64,000 nt of DNA from Burkholderiaceae bacterium (GTDB taxonomy: Bacteria > Pseudomonadota > Gammaproteobacteria > Burkholderiales > Burkholderiaceae_C). Under the pieces are notes generated by a model. It saw nothing but the letters and a program-made list of their open reading frames with translations, was not told the DNA's origin and ran no database searches. Shown here piece after piece: positions 10,801 to 17,172 of this stretch. The position numbers were made by a program, and so were the translations under genes. The number at the start of each line of letters is the position of its first letter. Positions within the stretch are counted from its first letter, which is position 1. The stretch spans positions 1,422-65,421 of the forward strand of contig DATMIN010000106.1 of NCBI GenBank assembly GCA_035554275.1. Direction: 5' to 3'.

Positions 10801-13800
10801 CGTACTTCGCCGACGATCCTTGCGAAAGCAGTGTTCGACCACGGCGTCACGAAGTCGATGCTCAAGCGCATCCCCGACCTGCTCGAGCATCCTGTCATGG
10901 TGCTCGACTCCGACACGGTGGCCGGGAGTTTCGTGGTCGTGACTTCTGAAATGGTCGGCGGTCGGCCATTGCTCGTTGTCATCAGCCCGGAAGTGGCAAC
11001 CGGAGCCAAAGCGTTCAACTTTGTGCCGAGCGTCTACCCGAAGGATGATCTCGGGGCTATTCAGCGGTGGCTGAACGGCGGCAAGCTGCGCTACCTCGAC
11101 AAAGAGCAAAGCCCTCAGTGGTTCGGCTCAACCAGGCTCTACTTGCCTGGGGAACTCCGCACCGCTAAGGGCCTGCAAGACAACAATGTAGCCACGAACG
11201 AGAGCATCGTCAAGCCGCCGGCCGCGAGCCTTGCGGACGGGAGCCGCCCGGAAGCTACGACTCAAGGGCTCCAATCGCCCCGAATGGTTCAGCCTGCGGG
11301 GGGCTCGGACCAGACTGTAGCCGACGCGCTCGCCGAACGCGCCGCAGACGTTCAGCGCTTGGTCGACATCATCACGTCGCGGTGGGCGAACGCCCCGCCG
11401 GTCGTGGTCGCGAAGTCGATTCAGGACGAGTCGGTGCCGGCCGCGGTGCGCAAGCGCTTTGAGGGCCAGCGGTCGGAGGGCGCCGCCGGCGAGGCCGAGG
11501 GCGTGTTCTACGACGGCAAGGTCTACCTGATGGCTGACCAGTTGCGCGGCGACGCCGACGTGCTGCGAGTGCTGCTGCACGAAAGCCTCGGTCACTTCGG
11601 CCTGCGCGGCGTGTTCGGGCAGGAACTCGGGACGATTCTGGACCGCATGGCGGTGCTCAACGCGGCTAAGGTGCGCGACAAAGCTCGGCAGTACGGGCTC
11701 GACTACGAGAAGCAGAGCGATCGTCGAATGGCCGCCGAGGAAGTGCTTGCCGAAATGGCGCAGACCAACCCGGATCTCGGGTGGGTGCAAAAGGCCGTGG
11801 CCGCGATCCGCACGTGGCTGCGCGCGCATGTGCCGGGCTTCGCGCGCATGAAGCTCAGCGACGACGAACTGATCCGCAACTACCTGATGCCGGCCCGCGC
11901 GTTCGTGCGCGGCGCGGTGGCGGCGCCGGCCAGCGGGTTCGACGACACCGAGCCGGCCGTGCGCGACAGTGCCCCGCCGATGTTCAGCCTCGGCGCGGCG
12001 CTCGGCGGCGCGCTCAACAGCACCCGCGACGTGAACCTGCTGGCCGGCTACAAGGTCGCCGACCTGATGGACAGCACGGGCAGGCTCCACGTGTGGCACA
12101 AGACGGTCGGGACGCAGTTCAACCTCGCGCAGCGCAACCCGATGTTCAAGCGCGTGTACGACGGGGTGCAGCGCTTCCTGAACGACGTGAGCTACTACGC
12201 GAGCGACGCCGCCAACCAGGCGCCGACCATCCTGCCGAAGCTCGAGGGCTGGAAGGACGTTGCGAAGACGCCGCTGTCGGCCGCCGACACGAAGGCGATC
12301 AGCGCGCCGATCTTCGAGGGCACGCTGTCGTGGGCGCGTGACGCGACTGGCGCGCCGGTGGAGCACGACGACCTGCTGCGCGACGCGGCCGCGCTCACTG
12401 CCGACGACAAGGCGCGCGCGCTGTTCAAGGGCGGCCACCTGTCGGAGTCGGTCTGGAAAATGTGGCAGGGCCTGCCGGTCGAGCAGTACGAGGCGATCAT
12501 CGACGGCAAGTACGAGCGCGACATGCTCAAGGCCGGCGTAGTCTGGACCGACGCCGAATTGAAGTCGATGTTCAAGCTCACGCCGGCGCAGATCGGCCTG
12601 TACCACGAGTTCCGCAAGGCGATCGACACCAGCCTGTCGCACCTGGCCGTCAGCGAAATGCTCAACCTCGCCGGCGACGACGCGGCGGCGGTGCGCGCGC
12701 AGGCGCTCGACCTCGGGCACGAAGCGGCCGCGGTGCTGCTGCGCGATCACCTGTTCGAGCAGGCCGACGCGAACCCGGATCGCGCCTCGGTGCTCAACGA
12801 CACCGCGAACCGCATGATCGACGTGGCTGATCACGCCACCGACATGCAGCAGCGCGGCTACGCGCCGCTGTCGCGCTTCGGCACGTACACCCTCGAGGCG
12901 ACGCTGCCGAGCGGCGATCGGTATTTCAGCCTGTTCGAGACGACCCGCGAGCGTGCGCGCGCGCAGCGCGGGCTGCTGGCCGCCGGCGCGAAGATCGTGA
13001 GCGCCGGCACCATGTCGCAGGAAGACTACAAGCTGCTGAACGGCATCAGCCCGGAGACGGCCGCGCTGTTCGGCGAAATGCTCGGCTTCGACAGTGAAGG
13101 CAACAGCCAGAAGGACGTGGCTTTCCAGACCTACGTCAAGAAGGCCACGGCGAACCGCAGCGCCATGAAGCGCCTGCTCAAGCGTCAAGGCATCGCCGGA
13201 TTCAGCGAGGACGCCGGCCGGGTGCTGGCCGGGTTCGTCTACTCGAACGGTCGCAAGACGAGCGTGAACCTGCATATGGGCGAGGTCACGAGCGCGATCG
13301 ACGACATGCCCAAGGAGCAGGGCGAGGCCAAGGACGCCGCGGTGCGCCTGCGCGAGTACGTGCAGAACCCGCAGGAAGAAGCGCAGGCGTGGCGCGGCCT
13401 GCTGTTCGCGCAGTTCCTCGGCGGCTCGGTCGCGAGCGCGATGGTCAACGCGACGCAGCCGTTCACGGTCACGTTCCCGTGGCTGTCGCAGTTCGGCGGC
13501 GTCGGCAAGGCCGCGCGCCAGATGGTCGCCGCGGTCAAGGTGGCCGGGCATGCGACGACCGGCGACGCGGCGCTCGACAAGGCGCTCAAGCGCGCCGAGG
13601 ACGACGGCATCGTCAGCCCGCAGGAAGTGCATCAACTGATGGCGCAGGCGCAGGGCCGCTCTGCGCTGCGCTCGGGCGACGGCACAGCGGCGGGCGACGC
13701 GCTCGCGGCGGGCTCGAACGCGCTGTCCAAGCTCGGGCTCGTGTGGGGCAAGGTGTTCGGCGTGGCCGAGCAGTTCAATCGCCGCGTCACGTTCATCGCG

Positions 13801-14889
13801 GCCTACCGCACGGCCGTCGAGCAGGGCATGGCCGACCCGGGCGCGTTCGGCGCGCGCGCCATCGCCGAGACGCAGTTCACCTACAACAAGGGCAACAAGC
13901 CGCGGTGGGCGCGCGGCGCGATCGGCGGCACGCTGTTCACGTTCAAGCAGTACAGCGTGAACTACCTCGAGCTGCTGTCGCGCATGGCGACCGCCGGCGA
14001 GCCGGGTTCACCGGAGCGCGCCGCGGGCCGCAAGGCCGCGCTGCTGGCGCTGGCGGTGCTGTTCCTGATGGGCGGCGCCGACGGCCTGCCGTTCGAGGCC
14101 GACGTGGAGGACTTGATCGACGGCCTGATGCAGCGCCTGGGCTACAACTTCTCGTCGAAGCGCCAGAAGGCTGCGTTCTTCGCGGCGGTGCTCGGCGAGG
14201 ACATGGGCCGGTTTGTCAACAAGGGGCTGTCGGGCCTGCCCGGCGTGCCGATCGACCTGTCCGGCCGCATGGGCATGGGCAACCTGATTCCCGGCACCGG
14301 GCTGCTGACGAAGAAGGCCGATCACACGAGCGACGTGCTCGAACTGCTCGGCCCGTCGGCGGATCTCGCGAAGCGCGCCGGCGCGGCGGCGGGGAAGCTG
14401 GTCGACGGCAATGCGCTCGACGCGGCGAAGTCGCTGCTGCCGGTGGCCGGTCGCAACCTCGTGAAGTCGGGCGACATGCTGCGCACTGGCTCCTACAACG
14501 ACGACAAGGGCCGCAAGGTGCTGGAAACGACCCCTGGCGAGGCTATCGCCAAGGGCCTGGGCTTCCAGCCCAACACGGTCGCTCGCGTGCAGGAGGCGGC
14601 CGGCGAGGTCTATCAGGCGGTGCAGACTGCGAAGATGCGGCAGGGCGAAATCAGCAACGACCTGGCGCAAGCCATCTTCGCCAAGGATCAGGATGCAATC
14701 GCGAGCGCGCGCGCCGCGCTCGCGCGCTGGAACACCGCGAACCCCGAAACCCCGATCCGCCTGAACATGGCGGGCGTCATCCAGAAGGTGAAGGCCATGC
14801 GTGAGGACAAGGCGACGCGGATGGAGAAGACGGCGCCGGCGGCGATGCGCGGCGAGATTCGGCGTCAGTTCGAGGCGGCGGGCTCGTGA
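1849..14889 (+). CDS. Giant phage polyvalent protein (4346 aa): ParB-like, N6-adenine methyltransferase + SNF2 helicase (DarB-like), MuF-C-like, zincin metallopeptidase, PLxRFG domain
   Basis: ATG 1849 after GGAG. Motifs: ParB-like ILVSSDGHVVDGHHQW; MTase VLEPGMGIG and NPPF; helicase HAVGAGKT, DEAH, SGTP, QPHGRLIRQGN; zincin HESLGH; GYAPLSRFG. Confidence 0.9.
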   Translation: MPTIAEIKQQYPDLTDSTDDQVVDALHQAFYSDLPREQIAARLGVKPTPPPARSRTMGEAASDTGRAVMGGMAGLVKSGGDLYGLASGDMQNPVSALGKDAQEYWTEGQSQPLKDKITARKAAIDASPTMLGKFGTAIKETITDPALLGDTVASNVATMVPGMIAGRAVQGAMAGRALAAGPITEAMAGAAAQTGAKVATGAAVGTGAVQQGADVSSQAFDDSMAKFDTPEKIAAALANNPIFAARVQAGEAPRDVAQSLGLSAARAAFLPAAAISVAANAVPGGTMIERALIGGAARDTIKEGTRFALPKAMAKAALGEGTQETLEEGGGQFAANVAKQNIVDPNQALDENVGENAGMGAAGGIGLGVAGGAFHRQHHAPAKTVGDVIREDLQPGGGPAANAINAGVMAAAAQADAANPAGSTAPTPVRDLTAAQLATIRKLAPEQRDMALGLVDLAKRPDVDDSVRATAHAKLDAMLGSDEALNPPAVDKKGATVAPAPETVAPVKAGDQVDHDLARAESSRRRFDAEAAAQREADRPTPPVGEPQDGDILNPTMQRPFKTIRAAGIALTKAGKGYELVTVKDGIVVRKVKESDDAVGQPADGSGHAGAAPAVAAAPGGTGIVGGAERAGGGSAGTVADAAARAGEPDPVGGTAAGHHAALSAGAIDDEWHAFATETGTKGIPRADMPQVKASDRSALVQFLRARGVEYAPATVDPQTLKPTQAEFSPAKVEKAAGFTDTDRSILVSSDGHVVDGHHQWLAKRAQGEPINVIRLDAPIDQLLPLVHEFPSAKQAAGATLPSATTNPQPTTLGDAVGVRPAGTRGTSAADVTSKDAGAPAEQSGSGGAVPAPAAPAPVKERATEVSQAPAAEPVVKAPTDDMGARWTRSTEVERHQMLTDAGWLGGLSQQRLARMPWDKIKDTQRARIAAGRVADTTTAAAASSTAGTQGTEEKPGIGTAETSPEKETALARRARLKVMQAAGVNLPDRVLWHNMGGDSQRAVRAAAQAMQPAPANPTGAPAPAAPAPFANNKVFTADAVAAARAVLKRKLGTINSGIDPELMQAGLTLAGAHIEAGARSFAAFAKAMVADLGDAVRPYLKSWFMAVKYDPRAAAFEGMSSAADVEAHDLATTIGTDVESEPAAADTADKETPNDPAPSSDAPALDHPLDAGAAADGVQSTEPIRGARQPRARVRRSDDRSVRGTRGLFEGVDDEGGNVGDGARADAVPDGSADAVGRNARRVSADFRPGLGGLTREGSWHATAARNVDLIELALKIDGEKRNAAPEEQALLSKYVGFGASEIRNALFPVPPSYAKAAEPTRIIWPDYVREARYKPLAERLAALPLDWQKSVLQSTQYAHYTSEGIIRAVWSGVQRLGFGGGKVLEPGMGIGSFAMLMPESVHKTTKYTGIEFDAPTALIARLLSPDQNMLHDDFIKRKLPRDYFDVAIGNPPFSQTRILGDADYEKHGFMLHDFFFAKSMDRVRPGGLLVFVTSKGTMDKQTDKARKYLAERADLLGAIRLPSTAFEANAGTSVVTDVLFLRKRLAGEAPAGAAWNAIRSVETKDGVTPINEYFVDHPQMVLGQHRISGNVDDEGRRINSNGMGGEKYTVVSYDKTPAELDAKFAAAVENLPANAYSVLSQTSESVKRETAKVDFDPKVKREGVVYLADDGTLMRVEQGVGKGLADLVKLTPKEQHWFKGYVGIRDAVQLARAAQHADGDWQGALKTLNKAYDAFRKEHGPINDFRTMVRTSTDEEGNPVETSIRVFKNRRLFREDYDAAIVTQLETINDAGEVVKAAFLKDRTIGRPVVREVKSVGDALAVSLDENGKLDLDDIGRRMGLTRAEVLESLGAQVYEAPGGDWQLADEYLSGDVVAKLAEANDAARIEPRYERNVEVLKAAQPDKLGPSQIGVKLGASWVPVSHVNEFARLIEAGRVSFDPKTESWQVEGGNLQSGRKAGAEYGTAKKSPSELLEAALNSRAISIKMTLEDKKVVTDTEATTAATEALRKIKEKFKSWVWTDGDRASELVEIYNERFNNIAPRKFDGSHLTLPGVSLRFNLHPHQKRAIWRQVQTGDTYLAHAVGAGKTIEMIAGGMEQKRLGLIRKPIYAVPNHMLEQFANEFMELYPLANIMVADDENFSAERRKAFVAAATLNAPDAIIITHSAFERIGVKEETVAPIRDEILTDLEIELGDADKGDRVRRAQLQQQIEAVTQRFDSIIGAGKKDSTIKFEDIGADFIYADEAHAFRKLDFTTNQKLKGIDPNGSRRALDMYVKTRHLNKQRPGRAMVFASGTPVTNTMGELYTIMRFFAPDELNRAGIATFDGWSRQFGESVAALEANAAGRYETVERFAKFDNVPELMSRVRQFMDVLTSEHLGSLVKRPDVAGGRPNLITVESTPELKAYMKQVLLPRLEASRAWKPSKDQPFNPDPVIAITSDGRFAALDPRFFGGKVGHDTPTKLSAMADKIAEIYKASAGNAYVERDGKTPSPTKGSTQIVFYNLGFGVQSQKNRGFDARGALTKRLVDGGVKRSEIAWFDDADTDAKKEAVFKGMRSGALRVLIGSAKKMGTGVNVQNRLLALHYFDPPWFPSDVEQPHGRLIRQGNQNPVGELHWYATKGTYDSTMWQMVARKQRFIDQAFSGDKSLRSMDDMSEASAFEMAAALASGDPRALQLAGYKQDVERLERLQAAHANEQINVRQALRSAEWGITSYEARVKTYEQAFKVLGERHVSFTEGKVDGKTFDKLGEFGQALKEAFNKGVAAAVLDPQTMSRDLGTVGEHISVRMDAEATSKGVTGEHSLMATVGALDLSVMHAVTGMGEQVDAVGLARRVLNAANGIEGNLRNAKAGLIENQNDANRLRKKLGAPFEYQQELAEKFGELRRLEAELRAEGEADAKAAQADRMARAAKPTGPVVVDADGQMEGELEEGDEPAFSRAPTFNAAVDAAIDAGMKGEKPGRQPVAIGMTTPALQAAGIAEGELRTSPTILAKAVFDHGVTKSMLKRIPDLLEHPVMVLDSDTVAGSFVVVTSEMVGGRPLLVVISPEVATGAKAFNFVPSVYPKDDLGAIQRWLNGGKLRYLDKEQSPQWFGSTRLYLPGELRTAKGLQDNNVATNESIVKPPAASLADGSRPEATTQGLQSPRMVQPAGGSDQTVADALAERAADVQRLVDIITSRWANAPPVVVAKSIQDESVPAAVRKRFEGQRSEGAAGEAEGVFYDGKVYLMADQLRGDADVLRVLLHESLGHFGLRGVFGQELGTILDRMAVLNAAKVRDKARQYGLDYEKQSDRRMAAEEVLAEMAQTNPDLGWVQKAVAAIRTWLRAHVPGFARMKLSDDELIRNYLMPARAFVRGAVAAPASGFDDTEPAVRDSAPPMFSLGAALGGALNSTRDVNLLAGYKVADLMDSTGRLHVWHKTVGTQFNLAQRNPMFKRVYDGVQRFLNDVSYYASDAANQAPTILPKLEGWKDVAKTPLSAADTKAISAPIFEGTLSWARDATGAPVEHDDLLRDAAALTADDKARALFKGGHLSESVWKMWQGLPVEQYEAIIDGKYERDMLKAGVVWTDAELKSMFKLTPAQIGLYHEFRKAIDTSLSHLAVSEMLNLAGDDAAAVRAQALDLGHEAAAVLLRDHLFEQADANPDRASVLNDTANRMIDVADHATDMQQRGYAPLSRFGTYTLEATLPSGDRYFSLFETTRERARAQRGLLAAGAKIVSAGTMSQEDYKLLNGISPETAALFGEMLGFDSEGNSQKDVAFQTYVKKATANRSAMKRLLKRQGIAGFSEDAGRVLAGFVYSNGRKTSVNLHMGEVTSAIDDMPKEQGEAKDAAVRLREYVQNPQEEAQAWRGLLFAQFLGGSVASAMVNATQPFTVTFPWLSQFGGVGKAARQMVAAVKVAGHATTGDAALDKALKRAEDDGIVSPQEVHQLMAQAQGRSALRSGDGTAAGDALAAGSNALSKLGLVWGKVFGVAEQFNRRVTFIAAYRTAVEQGMADPGAFGARAIAETQFTYNKGNKPRWARGAIGGTLFTFKQYSVNYLELLSRMATAGEPGSPERAAGRKAALLALAVLFLMGGADGLPFEADVEDLIDGLMQRLGYNFSSKRQKAAFFAAVLGEDMGRFVNKGLSGLPGVPIDLSGRMGMGNLIPGTGLLTKKADHTSDVLELLGPSADLAKRAGAAAGKLVDGNALDAAKSLLPVAGRNLVKSGDMLRTGSYNDDKGRKVLETTPGEAIAKGLGFQPNTVARVQEAAGEVYQAVQTAKMRQGEISNDLAQAIFAKDQDAIASARAALARWNTANPETPIRLNMAGVIQKVKAMREDKATRMEKTAPAAMRGEIRRQFEAAGS
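3635..3838 (+). CDS. Overprinted small protein (66-67 aa) in the +1 frame of the giant gene
   Basis: AAGGAG at 3625-3630 before ATGATG; GC3 bias moves to this frame (CTG/GCG/GAA/TCG codons) while the main frame becomes a low-complexity linker. Confidence 0.6.
   Translation: MMQWDSLPTVQDMREQRLLSPLHLAELESWVARSEQAGEVLELSPTLQRVLANLILLAELPPGTTRH
5264..5304 (+). promoter_or_regulatory. Internal sigma70-like promoter and RBS inside the giant gene
   Basis: TTGAAT (5264-5269), 17-nt spacer, GATACT (5287-5292); AAGGAG at 5299-5304, 7 nt before ATG 5312. Confidence 0.55.
5312..5614 (+). CDS. Overprinted protein (100 aa, MIPPLQAMRLRSITRWMQEQ...) in the +1 frame of the giant gene
   Basis: Own promoter and SD; codon bias switches to this frame; globular helical-looking sequence; stops just before the MTase region. 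Confidence 0.65.
   Translation: MIPPLQAMRLRSITRWMQEQQPTEFKALSRSGALDSHVREFDDRMIEAFEAREDSLKASMMKAGTWGTAHGLTQFPTDRLTLWGETLAEFLPTSVPDSED
11099..11179 (-). ncRNA. Predicted antisense structured small RNA inside the giant gene (ends approximate)
   Basis: Outer stem 11161-11172/11111-11122, inner CCAGGC/GCCTGG stem, U-rich tail (UUUGCUCUUU), downstream of a minus-strand promoter. Confidence 0.4.
11185..11213 (-). promoter_or_regulatory. Antisense sigma70 promoter
   Basis: Minus strand TTGACG, 17-nt spacer, TACATT. Confidence 0.55.
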
Positions 14890-15008
14890 AGCTCGCCGGC
14901 CTCGGCGTGCTGCTGACTGGCGTTGTGCTGGCCTACGAAGCCGGCCCCTGGGGCTGGCTGGCCGTGCTGATCGGCGTCGGGCTGCTGCTCGCGCCGCGCG
15001 GCCGCTGA
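14886..15008 (+). CDS. Small hydrophobic membrane peptide (40 aa, MKLAGLGVLLTGVVLAYEAGPWGWLAVLIGVGLLLAPRGR)
   Basis: GTG overlaps the giant gene stop (GTGA); two hydrophobic segments; below the ORF-track length cutoff. Confidence 0.5.
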   Translation: MKLAGLGVLLTGVVLAYEAGPWGWLAVLIGVGLLLAPRGR

Positions 15009-15009
15009 C

Positions 15010-15186
15010 CTACCACTGATCGTCGAGGAATTCGTCCAAGCGCTCGTCCGGCGTCAGCGCCGCGATGCGCGCGCGCTCGCGGCGCTCGGCGCGCACGATC
15101 CACACCACCGCGCCGACCATGGCGGCTGCACACAGCAGCGCCAAGCACAGCAGGTCGATCGAGCGCACCAGAGATGCGTTGTCCAT
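15010..15186 (-). CDS. Small single-TM protein (58 aa), possible phage moron
   Basis: ATG 15186 with TATAGT 6 nt upstream; one hydrophobic helix and a charged tail. Confidence 0.5.
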   Translation of the reverse strand: MDNASLVRSIDLLCLALLCAAAMVGAVVWIVRAERRERARIAALTPDERLDEFLDDQW

Positions 15187-15318
15187 GCTCGAACTATACC
15201 TGGGGCATGCCGCACTGCGCTGGCCCTGAATCGGTACGGAATGGTCGCCGGCCGATAGCTCAGGGGGTGAGCTACCTATGGCGCCTTCCCGAAGCGCAAC
15301 GCGGTTACATGGCGCTTG

Positions 15319-15388
15319 TAAGCCGTTGATTTCATTTGCGCTGCTCGCGCAATGACAAGGTGTGCACAACTAACCTAAGTGCTTGATC
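15319..15388. promoter_or_regulatory. Putative prophage att arm with IHF-like boxes
   Basis: TAAGCCGTTGATT matches the reverse IHF consensus YAANNNNTTGATW; TAAGTGCTTGATC is a near match. Confidence 0.45.
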
Positions 15389-15516
15389 TGTCGTGCGAAT
15401 CCCGTTGGAGCGGGTCTGCGAACAGCATATTCAACAATGCGTCGAGGTGTCGCGCCAGCTGATGCTGCCGGCGGCGACGGCCGCCGCGACGACCCGCTGA
15501 GTACAATCGGCCCGTT

Positions 15517-15593
15517 CGGGGCGTAGCGCAGCCTGGTAGCGCAACTGGTTTGGGACCAGTAGGTCGCGAGTTCGAATCCCGCCGCCCCGACCA
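15517..15593 (+). tRNA. tRNA-Pro (TGG)
   Basis: Cloverleaf; anticodon arm ACTGG-TT TGG GA-CCAGT; GTTCGAATC T-loop; CCA end; TACAAT -10 at 15502. Confidence 0.97.
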
Positions 15594-15622
15594 TCGCGTA
15601 CCAAGGCCACCCCGGCCCTCAC

Positions 15623-15699
15623 CAGCCCGTAGCTCAACTGGATAGAGCACCGACCTTCTAAGTCGGATGTCGGGGGTTCGAGTCCCTCCGGGCTGGCCA
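15623..15699 (+). tRNA. tRNA-Arg (TCT)
   Basis: CAGCCCG/CGGGCTG acceptor stem; anticodon arm CCGAC-CT TCT AA-GTCGG; CCA end. Confidence 0.97.
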
Positions 15700-15804
15700 C
15701 TTCTTGATCCCGAGACGTCCAAGAACGTCCAGATCGGACCAATTCTCATAGGTAAAAAGTCGCTCTCGGGCTCCCGATTCGTCCGACCCGGTCCCAGCCC
15801 ATCG

Positions 15805-15874
15805 TAGGGGAACAAGGGGTCCAGATAGGGGAACAAGTGGCAAAATCGTCTGCCAACTCAGTTTTGTTCCCCTA
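15805..15874. repeat. Integrase arm-type sites TAGGGGAACAA (two direct, one inverted)
   Basis: Copies at 15805-15815 and 15826-15836, inverted at 15864-15874; a further inverted copy inside the integrase at 16742-16752. Confidence 0.7.
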
Positions 15875-17172
15875 TGCTGACCGACGCCGACTGTCGTAAC
15901 GCCCGTTGTCCCCCTGAGAAAACCAGGCTCAGACTCGGTGACTCAGGCAACCTGTACTTGCAGGTTGAGCCCAATGGCTCCAGACGCTGGTTCTGGAAGT
16001 ACACCGTCGCGGGCAAGGAGAAGCGAATCTCGCTCGGACACTACACCGAGGCCGGTTCGTCGAAGGTGCAGACGAGCCTGAGGGCAGCTCGTGAGGCGCG
16101 CGACGCCGCTCGCAGCGTTCACCGCACGGGAGTCGATCCCGCTCAGAAGAAACAGCTCGACAAGCTCGCAAATCAAACGAGCGCCGACGCGACGTTCGAG
16201 GCGGTAGCGAGGGAGCTTCACGCGACCAAGAGCGATGCCTGGGGTCCGCGCTATTTCGAGAGGTGGATAGGGCGCATGGAGAAGGACTTGTTTCCATGGA
16301 TCGGCAGTCTGCCGCTGCCCCAGATTTCAGCGCCGCTACTCCTTCAGATATTGCGCCGAATCGAGAGCCGCGGGGCTAACGAGACTGCGCATACCTTGCG
16401 ACAGACGTCGGGTCAGGTCTTTCGATATGGCGTGGCTACCGGCCGCTGCGAAAGGAATCCGGCGGCCGACCTTCACGGCGCACTGCGACCCATCATCGTT
16501 AAGCACATGGCTGCGGTCCTCGAGCCGTCAGGTGTCGGTGCTCTGATGCGATCCATCGCGGAGTACAGCGGTCAACCGCTCACTCGCGCCGCACTCGAGT
16601 TGTCGGCACTGCTGTTCCAGCGTCCGGGCAACATCCGCCACATGGCTTGGCGCGAGGTCGACACGGAGGGAAAGCTTTGGACGATTCCTGCCGCCAAAAT
16701 GAAGCGTACGGTGCAAGGCAAGGTGAGTGGCAGGCCGCACCTTGTTCCCCTAGCACCGAGAGCCGTGCAGATACTGCGTGAAGTTCATCCGATGACCGGG
16801 CACGGTGAGTACGTCTTTCCGAGTCTGCTCACCGGCGAACGTCCGATGAGCGAGAACACGATTCGCGCTGCCCTCCGGCGAATGGGCTATGCGAACGATG
16901 ACATGACGCCCCATGGATTCCGAGCAATGGCCCGGACCATCTTGGTTGAGCACCTCAACGTTCATCCCGATGTCATCGAGGCTCAACTAGCGCATGGGAA
17001 ATCGGGGCCGCTCGGAGCTGCTTACGATCGGGCCGAATTTCTTGCGCAACGCAGGCGAATGATGGATGACTGGTCGACGTACTTGACGCACTTGCAGGGC
17101 GGAGGAAAGGGCGTACCAACGAAGCCGAAGCGCAAGAAGCCTAGCCAGTTGATCAGCACGTCTGCCGCCTAG
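15874..17172 (+). CDS. P4-like tyrosine recombinase/integrase with arm-binding domain
   Basis: N-terminal DSGNLYL..PNGSRRW arm-binding motif; catalytic R (QRPG), HGFR, LAH, Y. Confidence 0.95.
   Translation: MLTDADCRNARCPPEKTRLRLGDSGNLYLQVEPNGSRRWFWKYTVAGKEKRISLGHYTEAGSSKVQTSLRAAREARDAARSVHRTGVDPAQKKQLDKLANQTSADATFEAVARELHATKSDAWGPRYFERWIGRMEKDLFPWIGSLPLPQISAPLLLQILRRIESRGANETAHTLRQTSGQVFRYGVATGRCERNPAADLHGALRPIIVKHMAAVLEPSGVGALMRSIAEYSGQPLTRAALELSALLFQRPGNIRHMAWREVDTEGKLWTIPAAKMKRTVQGKVSGRPHLVPLAPRAVQILREVHPMTGHGEYVFPSLLTGERPMSENTIRAALRRMGYANDDMTPHGFRAMARTILVEHLNVHPDVIEAQLAHGKSGPLGAAYDRAEFLAQRRRMMDDWSTYLTHLQGGGKGVPTKPKRKKPSQLISTSAA

Larger units (their letters stand above)
1..15400. mobile_element. 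Right-hand part of a prophage (virion ejection / polyvalent-protein module); left end outside window
   Basis: Co-oriented ejection-like gene and giant DarB/PLxRFG polyvalent gene, two small membrane ORFs, then an AT-richer att-like segment with IHF-type boxes. Confidence 0.75.

Noticed and set aside
5326-13635. Very long minus-strand ORFs (1121, 751 and 835 aa) opposite the giant gene
   Set aside because: Typical high-GC antisense shadows with no motifs or RBS; the same applies to shadows over dnaE2, the adhesin and the ABC genes
15874-17172. Integron integrase serving the array
   Set aside because: It has a P4-type arm-binding N-terminus, sits beside a tRNA 16 kb away, and shows no IntI-specific insertion or attI
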